Shown here piece after piece: positions 1 to 8,262 of a stretch of DNA of 64,000 nucleotides (positions are counted from its first letter, which is position 1; every line of letters begins with the position of its first letter). The stretch spans positions 74,358-138,357 of the forward strand of contig CAZWNZ010000001.1 of assembly GCA_964635715.1 (NCBI GenBank), written 5' to 3'. Position numbers and translations under genes: made by a program. The notes beneath the pieces were generated by a model. The model was not told the origin of the DNA, did no database searches, and saw only the letters and a list, made by a program, of their open reading frames with translations. The DNA comes from an uncultured Gammaproteobacteria bacterium. GTDB taxonomy: Bacteria; Patescibacteriota; Microgenomatia; UBA8517.

Positions 1-91
1 AAATCCGTCTGCAGCAAGATTATTGCTCCAAGCAATAAAAGTTCCCTGATCAAGCTGTAAAGTTCCAAAAAAAGAAAGTACAATTCTTAAT

Positions 92-1285
92 ATGAGAGCA
101 ATAAAAAGAATATATAAAATATTGAGTGAAAAAAAATTGGTTTTTGCTTTCTTCGCTTTAGCTCTCATAGTTTATTTCATAACTTCGGCAGGTAAAACTC
201 CTTACGACTATTTTACCCGACTTTCCGATTCATTTCTCCAGGGAAAATATTATCTCACAGTAAACCCACCATGGCTTTCTGAATTGATACCGGAAGGAAT
301 AAATAAATTTTATGTTGTCTATCCTCCTATGCCGGCAATTTTAGCAATGCCTTTCCGTCTTGTACTGGGAGAGTTATTTGAGCAACAATTTTTGGCTCAT
401 ATTTTAGGCGCAGGTATCGTTGCTCTGACAATGCTTACTTCATGGAGTGTTAAAAAAGACAAAAAATTGATGGTGTGGATAGGTCTTCTGACTGCTCTTG
501 GAAATATAATTTGGTTTTTATCCGCCACCGGCTCTTCATGGTATCTGGGACAAATTTCTTCAGCTTTTTTCTTGTCATTTGCATTATATGAAGCACTAAC
601 TAAAAAGCGGCCATTCATCACAGGATTGTTGTTTGGTGCAGCTTTCTTGTCTCGGATAAATATCTGCGTTTCCATACCGGTTTTCTTGTACGCATATTGG
701 AATAAGGAAAAATGGTTTGTAAACTATCTGAGGTTTGGACTGGGGATGCTGCCATTTATACTTTTCAACTTCTTTTATAACTACATCAGATTTGAAACTA
801 TTTGGGATCAGGCTTACTACTTATTGCCAAGCGTATTAAACGAACTTGACAAACCCTGGTTTATTAAAGGGGTAATGAATGTTGCTTACATTCCCAGTAA
901 TCTAATTGCTGCCTTTTGGTCTTTTCCCAAAATTTTGAAAGTGCCTCCTTATATTGAGCCTTCGTGGGCGGGGCTTGCCATTTGGATAACAACCCCAGCT
1001 TTTATTTTTTCGCTCCGTGCGCCTATTAAGGAAAAACTGACACGGTTTTTATGGATCTCCGTTCTTCTTACTTTTTTAACGGTTTCCATGCATGGCGGGA
1101 CGGGTTGGGCGCAGTTCGGTTATAGATTCGCTGTTGATTTTTACCCTTTCCTTTTTTTGCTCGTCATTAAAAGTGTTGCCAAAACCGGAGTCAGGTGGAA
1201 CCATTGGTTCTTGTTGATTCTATCTATCGTAGTTAATCTCTGGGGAGTTATCTTTATAAACAAATTTGGATGGGTCAGTTTTTAA
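92..1285 (+). CDS. Multi-pass membrane glycosyltransferase (GT-C fold-like)
   Basis: 397 aa, many hydrophobic segments, YPPMP and GYRF motifs typical of polyprenol-phosphate-sugar transferases. Confidence 0.6.
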   Translation: MRAIKRIYKILSEKKLVFAFFALALIVYFITSAGKTPYDYFTRLSDSFLQGKYYLTVNPPWLSELIPEGINKFYVVYPPMPAILAMPFRLVLGELFEQQFLAHILGAGIVALTMLTSWSVKKDKKLMVWIGLLTALGNIIWFLSATGSSWYLGQISSAFFLSFALYEALTKKRPFITGLLFGAAFLSRINICVSIPVFLYAYWNKEKWFVNYLRFGLGMLPFILFNFFYNYIRFETIWDQAYYLLPSVLNELDKPWFIKGVMNVAYIPSNLIAAFWSFPKILKVPPYIEPSWAGLAIWITTPAFIFSLRAPIKEKLTRFLWISVLLTFLTVSMHGGTGWAQFGYRFAVDFYPFLFLLVIKSVAKTGVRWNHWFLLILSIVVNLWGVIFINKFGWVSF

Positions 1286-1286
1286 A

Positions 1287-2366
1287 ATGAAAAAGATTAC
1301 TCTTTATCTAATTCTTAATAGGGTTGCACTTTTTCTGATTGCTTTTTTTCTTTCAAAGATAGAGACTTTTAGTAAATTCTTACTTACCTTCGGTCACAGA
1401 TGGGACGGCAATAGTTACATATTTATAGCAACGCATGGTTATGTAACTACCGGTCCCGAAAAAAATTTTTTGGTTTTTCCGCCTCTTTATCCATTATTTA
1501 TCAAGTTCGTCTCCTTCTTAGGAATTAATCCAATATTGGGCGGTGTAATCATTTCAAATATCTTTTTTATATTGGCTATACTTGTTTTATATAAACTGAT
1601 CTGTCAAAAATGGAGTAAAGAGATTGCCCTTACTACCATAATTTTAATTTCAGTTTTTCCGACCACATATTTCTTTTCAGTTGCGTACCCGGAGTCTCTA
1701 TTTGTGTTTCTCTTTGCTTTATCATTTTATTTCTCCAGCAAAAATAAATTTTTCCTTTCAGCCCTGGTGGGTGGTTTTGCAGCAATTACCCGCCCTTTCG
1801 GATTGGTTATTTTTCCATCAATTCTTCTCTTTATGTTGAATGGTAAAAAGACAGACTTGAAAAATCTATTTATTACCGGCGCCTTATTTATCCTACCTAC
1901 AATTCCCTACCTTTATATAAATTATTCATTGTTTGGTAGCCATCTGGCCTTTGCAACACTCTTAAAAGAAAATTGGCAAAAAAGTTTAGACTTTCCATGG
2001 AATGGGATTCTTGCATGCTGGAAAGTGGGAATTTTTACTCAAGATTCTTTCATCTACAAATACTTAGTGGGCTATGCCGAGGCAATTGCTTCTACGGTTG
2101 CCTGGATCTTCACAATGATAGGAATTAAGAAATGGAAATTTAAGTCACCATACCTACTTTACTTATTTTTAGGAACTCTCTTATTTACCTCAACCGGCTT
2201 TATATTAAGCTCGCCCCGATACCTTCTTTCAATACCGCCATTTTTCATTCTCTTTGCCGAACTTATTTCTAAAAAGAAGTTAATTTTATTTATCTGGATA
2301 CCGATTTCTTTAGGTTTGCTTTGCCTATTTGTGAAAACATTTACTTCGGGAAGTTGGGCTTTTTAA
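1287..2366 (+). CDS. PIG-V/mannosyltransferase-like GT-C membrane protein
   Basis: RWDGNSY..IA..GY, FPPLYP, YPESLF and PRY motifs; start moved to ATG 1287 just after the upstream stop. Confidence 0.7.
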   Translation: MKKITLYLILNRVALFLIAFFLSKIETFSKFLLTFGHRWDGNSYIFIATHGYVTTGPEKNFLVFPPLYPLFIKFVSFLGINPILGGVIISNIFFILAILVLYKLICQKWSKEIALTTIILISVFPTTYFFSVAYPESLFVFLFALSFYFSSKNKFFLSALVGGFAAITRPFGLVIFPSILLFMLNGKKTDLKNLFITGALFILPTIPYLYINYSLFGSHLAFATLLKENWQKSLDFPWNGILACWKVGIFTQDSFIYKYLVGYAEAIASTVAWIFTMIGIKKWKFKSPYLLYLFLGTLLFTSTGFILSSPRYLLSIPPFFILFAELISKKKLILFIWIPISLGLLCLFVKTFTSGSWAF

Positions 2367-3451
2367 TTAGTAAGTACTGAGGCAAACCACTTTTGAATTT
2401 CGCTCCAGTTTCCATTTCCGGCTTTCGGAATAAAAACATATAAGTTATCATATTCCGCCGTTGCTTTAGGATTTTCTAAAAATTCTTCAGGCAAAGTAAA
2501 CTGCTCTATATTACTGCTATCCCAAACTTTTCTAACCAAAATTCCGGCCGTAGGATAATCAATATCTGTCTCGACATATTTTTCAACAATGGACAAAAGC
2601 ACTGAGATATTACCTGGCGACAAATATTTTAAAGGGTTAGTCAGTTTGTTTTTTATCGCTTCAATCACCTTCTGTTGTCTGGCTTCACGGGCGATATCTG
2701 TACCCTCATCACCCTCTGCATGACGCGAGCGGACAAATTTTAGGGCGGTTTCTCCGTTCATGGTCTGGACACCTGAATAAAAAGTTACTGCTTCATAACG
2801 GCAAGCATACGATATGTCTCCGTTACAAGTGTCGTTTTCCTTTCCCTCGATTGGGTACAAAGTGTCCGTAAAATCATTCTCCACATTAACCTCAATTCCG
2901 CCGAATGCATCGACAATTTCTTTAAACGCCGAAAAATCTACAACAACCGCATATTGTATGGGTTGACCCACAACATCTCCCACAATTTTTTTGGTAAAAG
3001 AAATTCCGCCACCAGTTTCCTCCTTAGTAAAATAGGCTGTTCCTTCATTACCCCAATAGTAAACAGAATTAATTTTTGATTTCAAATTCGGAAGCCAGAG
3101 ATCTCTTGGAATCGATATGGTTTTGGCCATACCGTCGGAGACCGGAATTGAAACCAAAATTATGGAATCTGTGAGATCCGCACCCTCATGATTTCCGCCG
3201 GATTTGCCCATCACTAAAATATTTATTCTTCCGTTAGTGGTATTAACTTGATCGGAGGGGGAGGCAATAAAATTGTAAGCTGCCCGGGCAACTAAAGGAA
3301 ATTTGCATACAAAAATACCAAGTCCCGAAATAAATAAAAGTGTCAAACCTAAAAACACCAAAAGGAACACTTTCCAAGGTTTATTTTTTGATTTTTTAGC
3401 CTCTTTTGCCGGTCGCTCCACTACATCTTCAGTGTTAGAATTATCAGACAT
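2363..3451 (-). CDS. LCP (LytR-CpsA-Psr) family cell-wall polymer ligase
   Basis: N-terminal TM, NILVMG, TDSIILV, SIPRDLW, KINS, ALKFVRSRH, DIAREARQQ; start set at ATG 3451. Confidence 0.9.
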   Translation of the reverse strand: MSDNSNTEDVVERPAKEAKKSKNKPWKVFLLVFLGLTLLFISGLGIFVCKFPLVARAAYNFIASPSDQVNTTNGRINILVMGKSGGNHEGADLTDSIILVSIPVSDGMAKTISIPRDLWLPNLKSKINSVYYWGNEGTAYFTKEETGGGISFTKKIVGDVVGQPIQYAVVVDFSAFKEIVDAFGGIEVNVENDFTDTLYPIEGKENDTCNGDISYACRYEAVTFYSGVQTMNGETALKFVRSRHAEGDEGTDIAREARQQKVIEAIKNKLTNPLKYLSPGNISVLLSIVEKYVETDIDYPTAGILVRKVWDSSNIEQFTLPEEFLENPKATAEYDNLYVFIPKAGNGNWSEIQKWFASVLTN

Positions 3452-5417
3452 GTCAGATTCTAGTATAACAGGCCAGAGCCCCCATTCGACAGAGAATGTT
3501 GTAACCGGCTTAAACAAACAACAACAGGAAGCCGTTACCTATACCGACGGGCCACTTTTGGTCTTAGCGGGTGCAGGGTCCGGAAAGACCAAAGTCTTGA
3601 CCCACAGGGTAGCTTATTTTATTTCCAAAGATTTAATAAAACCTGAAAATGCACTTCTTTTGACATTCACCAACAAAGCTGCTGCCGAAATGAAAGAGAG
3701 AATCTCAAAACTTCTAGATTCTAGATTCCAGATTCTAGCTTCTACTTTTCATTCTTTCTGTGCCAAAATTTTAAGAATCGACGGCGAGAATATTGGAGTT
3801 CCCAAAAACTTCATCATTTACGACGAAGCTGATCAAAAAGACTCCGTCAAAGAAATTATGGATACCCTCGGTCTTTCTACCGATCAATATGCCCCGTCCT
3901 CAATTCTCAATGGAATAAGTGAAGCAAAAAATCAAATGCTTTCCCCGGCAGAATATATTAACTTCGTCAGAAGTGACTGGCAGGAAGTTGCAGCTAAAGT
4001 TTATCTGGAATATGAAAAGAAATTAAAAGAAATTGGGGCGTTGGACTTTGACGATCTTCTTATTAAAACAGTAAATCTCTATCAGGAAGTTCCTGAAATT
4101 TTGAAGAAATGGCAGGAGCACCTAACTCACATCTTCGTTGACGAATGGCAGGATACCAATAAAATTCAATATACCCTGACCAAACTCCTGGTTGGACAAA
4201 GAAACAATATCACGGCGGTAGGGGATGCTTCCCAATCTATCTACTCGTGGAGAGGCGCCGATTACCGAAATATTAATTATTTAACGCGCGATTATCCAAA
4301 TATAAAAATAGTTAATTTAGAACAAAACTATCGCTCAACGGAAAATATTCTTAATGCTGCCAATTTGGTTATTTCCAAAAATACTAGCCATCCGATATTA
4401 AAACTTTGGACAGAAAAAGAAAAAGGGGGAAGGATTAAGCTTTATGCCGCAAGAAATGGTTTTGATGAAGCGGACTATGTCGTGAGCGAAATTGAACGAC
4501 TAGCCCGATCCAAAAATTACGGGTACAAAGACATCGCCATTTTATACCGTACAAATGCCCAATCCCGTGTCTTGGAAGAAGCCTTCCTGCATACAGGTAT
4601 TCCCTATGTTCTCGTCGGTGGAGTCAAGTTTTATGACAGGAAGGAAATTAAAGATGTTATCAGCTTTATCAGATATATAGTAAACCCTAAAGATTCTGTT
4701 TCCAAAAGAAGAATTGAAAAAATAGGCATAAGGAGATTTGAAAAGCTAGATACCTTCAGGGTCGAAAGTCCGGACCTAACCGGACTTACAACTCTGGATC
4801 TACTCGATATTGTAATTCAAAAGACTGACTATCTGGCGCTTTTTCAAAAAAACACTGAAGAGAATCTGACCAGACTGGAGAACTTAAAAGAATTAAGAAG
4901 CGTGGCGACTGAATTTCCGGTTGTCAACGATTTTTTGGAAAATGTCACGCTAGTGGAAACCTCACAGGATTCGAATAAGCACATTACCCCAAATTCTCAA
5001 CTTAAAGACTGTGTATCACTGATGACTCTACATGCTGCCAAAGGTTTGGAATTCCCGATTATTTTTATAGTCGGAATGGAAGAAGGGCTTTTTCCACACA
5101 GCAGGTCTCTAATGGATAATAATCAAATGGAGGAAGAGCGCCGTCTTGCCTACGTCGGCATTACTCGTGCCAAAGAAATTCTTTACCTTACATATGCCAA
5201 CTCCCGTCTCTATTTTGGAGAAAGAATCAGCAACCCTCCAAGTCGTTTTATTATGGATATCCCCGAAGACCTTTTGGAGAACGTAGGTGATAAAATATGG
5301 AGAGATGACGCGTCCTCCAAAGCTTTGGCGTCGGAGGATTTAAAATTAGATTCAGTTGATGACATTAAAGGAACTTTTGATGACATTATCGAGAAATATT
5401 TAGAACATGACGAATAA
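3450..5417 (+). CDS. pcrA: ATP-dependent DNA helicase PcrA/UvrD
   Basis: AGAGSGKT, TFTNKAA, VDEWQDTN, GDASQSIYSWRGA, LEQNYRS, TLHAAKGLEF, EERRLAYVGITRA; start set at ATG 3450. Confidence 0.93.
   Translation: MSDSSITGQSPHSTENVVTGLNKQQQEAVTYTDGPLLVLAGAGSGKTKVLTHRVAYFISKDLIKPENALLLTFTNKAAAEMKERISKLLDSRFQILASTFHSFCAKILRIDGENIGVPKNFIIYDEADQKDSVKEIMDTLGLSTDQYAPSSILNGISEAKNQMLSPAEYINFVRSDWQEVAAKVYLEYEKKLKEIGALDFDDLLIKTVNLYQEVPEILKKWQEHLTHIFVDEWQDTNKIQYTLTKLLVGQRNNITAVGDASQSIYSWRGADYRNINYLTRDYPNIKIVNLEQNYRSTENILNAANLVISKNTSHPILKLWTEKEKGGRIKLYAARNGFDEADYVVSEIERLARSKNYGYKDIAILYRTNAQSRVLEEAFLHTGIPYVLVGGVKFYDRKEIKDVISFIRYIVNPKDSVSKRRIEKIGIRRFEKLDTFRVESPDLTGLTTLDLLDIVIQKTDYLALFQKNTEENLTRLENLKELRSVATEFPVVNDFLENVTLVETSQDSNKHITPNSQLKDCVSLMTLHAAKGLEFPIIFIVGMEEGLFPHSRSLMDNNQMEEERRLAYVGITRAKEILYLTYANSRLYFGERISNPPSRFIMDIPEDLLENVGDKIWRDDASSKALASEDLKLDSVDDIKGTFDDIIEKYLEHDE
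3712..3746. repeat. 7-bp tandem array (TTCTAGA)x5, degenerate, inside pcrA
   Basis: ttctaga ttctaga ttccaga ttctagc ttctact; encodes LLDSRFQILAST. Confidence 0.85.
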
Positions 5418-6405
5418 AATTGACGAAATTGCCACACATCCTTTACAGACAACTTATTGGGAGGATTTTAGAAAAGCTTGGGGAAATGAAGTTTTAGAAA
5501 CTCCCTGGGGGATTCTCACGGTTCACAAAATTCCGGCAACTTCCTACAAATTAGCCATTTTTGAAAAAGGACCGGCACCCAGCCGAGAGATGTTAATAGG
5601 ACTAAGGGATATTGCGCAAAATAATAATATTATATTCATCAAATTAGAACCTAATGTTGGCTGGGAAATTCTAAATTCTAAATTCCAAATTCCAAATAAA
5701 TCCGAATTAATTAAAATTCTAAAAGAAAACGGAGCCGTTCCAGGAAAGCGTTTTTTTACCCCAACAACTTTTTGGATTGATTTAACTAAGTCCGAGGAAG
5801 ACCTGCTAAAAAGTTTTACAAGTAAAACCCGCTACAACATCAGACTCGCTGAGAGAAAAGGAGTAAAAGTGAAAGAAGATAATTCCGAGAAAGCTTTCCA
5901 AAGCTATCTCGATTTAACCCGAGAGACAACTCAAAGGCAGGCTTTCTTTGCACATACAGAAAAATATCACCGGCTTATGTGGAAGTACCTGGGTGAAAGC
6001 CAAGAGATAAAAGATAAAAGAATTGCACATCTAATGACAGCAACTTATCGGGGCAAAATTATCACAACATGGATACTTTTTACCTGGAAAAACTTTTTGT
6101 ATTATCCCTACGGGGCTTCAACCAATGAACATAAAGAGGTCATGGCCAATAACTTAATGATGTGGGAAGCGATAAAATTCGGTAAGAAACTCGGACTTAC
6201 CACCTTTGATCTCTGGGGGAGAGAGGAAGGTAAAGGATTCACAAAATTTAAGGAAGGTTACAATCCCAAAGTAATTGAGTTTCTAGGCACTTGGGATTTG
6301 GTGGTGAATAAATCAATTTACTGGATTTATAGAGTAGCGGAGGGAATTCGTTGGAAAATCTTAAAAACTTCAGCAAGAATTGGTTTATCCCGCCATAGAT
6401 TTTAA
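5407..6405 (+). CDS. FemAB/FemX family peptidoglycan interpeptide-bridge aminoacyltransferase
   Basis: HPLQT..W, FIKLEP, KTRYNIRLAERKGV, NNLMMWEAI, FDLWG, FKEGY. Confidence 0.85.
   Translation: MTNKIDEIATHPLQTTYWEDFRKAWGNEVLETPWGILTVHKIPATSYKLAIFEKGPAPSREMLIGLRDIAQNNNIIFIKLEPNVGWEILNSKFQIPNKSELIKILKENGAVPGKRFFTPTTFWIDLTKSEEDLLKSFTSKTRYNIRLAERKGVKVKEDNSEKAFQSYLDLTRETTQRQAFFAHTEKYHRLMWKYLGESQEIKDKRIAHLMTATYRGKIITTWILFTWKNFLYYPYGASTNEHKEVMANNLMMWEAIKFGKKLGLTTFDLWGREEGKGFTKFKEGYNPKVIEFLGTWDLVVNKSIYWIYRVAEGIRWKILKTSARIGLSRHRF
5666..5697. repeat. 7-bp tandem array (AAATTCY)x4.5 inside femAB-like gene
   Basis: aaattct aaattct aaattcc aaattcc aaat; encodes EILNSKFQIPN. Confidence 0.9.
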
Positions 6406-6407
6406 AG

Positions 6408-7259
6408 ATGATAGATATCAGACAAAGTGGATCCTACGCCAAATATTTAAGAAGTCTTGGCTGGACTGTCGAGCGAATAGGAGGAATAAACTACTTCATT
6501 AAAAAGATGCCCATTTTAGGTTCAATTTTAAAGCTTCAAAGACCTGAGGAAATCAGAATGGACACGATCAAGGAATTATGCCAAAAATACGGTGTTTTTC
6601 AGATAATTATTGAGCCCAAAAACAACTTAGATGCTAAATATTTGGAATTTTCTGGCTTCAGGCTCTCAAAATCCACATATTTACCAAGTAAAACCTTACA
6701 AATTGACTTAACCCAAAGTAAGGAGGAGATTTTGAAACATTTTAAAAAAGATGCCAGGGCCGCAATTCGAAAGGGAAGTGATATAAAAAACGCAGAACAC
6801 ATAACCCCCGATGAAATAAAAATATTCCGGGAGGAGTGGAAAAAATCTGTAAAAACGTCACGATATGTACCGTCAGCCGAGCAACTAATTAAACTTAAAA
6901 AAAGTTTTCCACAATCACACTCGATGTTCCTTACGTCGCACAATATTTCTGGCAGAATTATAGGTGGAGTGATTTTCACGACTTCTTTCCACGAAAGATC
7001 AAACCATATCACATATTACTGGCAAGCATTCACAAATAAGGAGGGACGCACTTCCCTATCCCAGTACTTTCTCCTCTATCAAGGTATACTATGGGCCAAA
7101 AAGAAAGGCTATAAGGTTTTTGACTTTGAAGGAATATTCGATCCCCGATTCCCCAACAAGAGCTGGCTTGGTTTTTCCCACTTTAAACGCTCTTTTGGAG
7201 GCTACGAAGTTGATTATCCGGGGTGCTATACTATGTTTAGATTTCCATCCAAAATATGA
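6408..7259 (+). CDS. FemAB-like/GNAT-fold acyltransferase
   Basis: DIRQS..Y, KTLQIDL, FDFEGI, GFSHFKRSFGG; paralogous to upstream gene. Confidence 0.75.
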   Translation: MIDIRQSGSYAKYLRSLGWTVERIGGINYFIKKMPILGSILKLQRPEEIRMDTIKELCQKYGVFQIIIEPKNNLDAKYLEFSGFRLSKSTYLPSKTLQIDLTQSKEEILKHFKKDARAAIRKGSDIKNAEHITPDEIKIFREEWKKSVKTSRYVPSAEQLIKLKKSFPQSHSMFLTSHNISGRIIGGVIFTTSFHERSNHITYYWQAFTNKEGRTSLSQYFLLYQGILWAKKKGYKVFDFEGIFDPRFPNKSWLGFSHFKRSFGGYEVDYPGCYTMFRFPSKI

Positions 7260-7525
7260 AAACCATAACAGAACTAGAGAAAGACATTGAAGAAATTAAA
7301 AAAAGAAACAATAAGGTAGAAATTGATAAAGCTTGGGAGACTTCATTTATTAGAAGATTACTTTTAATGCTTTTTACCTACTTTGCTATCGCCATTTACC
7401 TTAATGTAATTAAAGTTGATTCCCCATGGTTAAATGCAATTGTACCAGCTGTTGGTTTTATGCTTTCAACTCTTACCCTTCCTTTTTTTAAGAAGATTTG
7501 GATAATACTTTCTAAAAAAAATTAG
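7256..7525 (+). CDS. Small hypothetical membrane protein
   Basis: 89 aa, charged N-terminus then two hydrophobic segments; ATGA-coupled to upstream gene. Confidence 0.65.
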   Translation: MKTITELEKDIEEIKKRNNKVEIDKAWETSFIRRLLLMLFTYFAIAIYLNVIKVDSPWLNAIVPAVGFMLSTLTLPFFKKIWIILSKKN

Positions 7526-7906
7526 TCTGTATTTTTCAGTTTCTTTCAAACTTTCCTCTAGGAAAAACAAGTTTATCTTATCCCCATTACTCATTTCTTT
7601 TGGTGCAGTAGTAATTTTGATCAATTCCTCTGTTGTTCGACTACCAATTGTTTCATATCTTCCAGACATATTACCTATTACACCAGACACTATAATCAAA
7701 AATCTCCCTGGTCCATCATCTGCCAAAGCGTGTGCTAGTTCATGTTCTGCCTCAGATTTAGCAACATATTCGTAATTACCTTCCGTCATAACTTTATAGA
7801 AATCATCAATGGCTCTTATTTTCTCGTCTGCACTTGATAAAACATCACTTTGCCAATGGGTGTGTGGAAACCATTTCTGGGATTCAATGTTTTCTATCAT
7901 TTCCAC
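7466..7906 (-). CDS. Hypothetical protein with HExxH (HELAH) metalloprotease-like motif
   Basis: 146 aa ORF, HELAH motif, TATAAT just upstream of start. Confidence 0.5.
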   Translation of the reverse strand: MEMIENIESQKWFPHTHWQSDVLSSADEKIRAIDDFYKVMTEGNYEYVAKSEAEHELAHALADDGPGRFLIIVSGVIGNMSGRYETIGSRTTEELIKITTAPKEMSNGDKINLFFLEESLKETEKYRLIFFRKYYPNLLKKRKGKS

Positions 7907-8001
7907 GAATTATATACCACAAGTAAATCTAAACAGCTTACAATTGATTATTGAGTGATTAATAAGGTATTTTAAATCAATTCTAATATATAATTATTGC
8001 C

Positions 8002-8262
8002 ATGGTTATTGAAAAGAAGGTTTGGCCTGAATATTTTAAAAAAATTAAGTCTAGTGACAAAACATTTGAACTAAGACTTGCTGATTGGAAATGTAAAACT
8101 GGTGATATCTTGATACTTAAAGAATGGGACCCAAAAACCAAAGAATACACAGGTCAAGAGATTGAGAAAAAAGTTACCTATGTGATTAAAACAAAGGATC
8201 AAAAATTTTGGAGCAAAGAAGAAATTGAAAAATACGGTCTTCAAGTAATTGGGTTTAAATAA
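8002..8262 (+). CDS. DUF3850/ASCH-like PUA-fold protein
   Basis: WPEYF..I....KTFELR..D....GDILILKEW signature. Confidence 0.75.
   Translation: MVIEKKVWPEYFKKIKSSDKTFELRLADWKCKTGDILILKEWDPKTKEYTGQEIEKKVTYVIKTKDQKFWSKEEIEKYGLQVIGFK

Noticed and set aside
3303-3517. Long 215-bp overlap of pcrA and LCP ORFs as listed in the track
   Set aside because: Upstream near-cognate starts add unconvincing sequence; ATGs at 3450 and 3451 have promoter support
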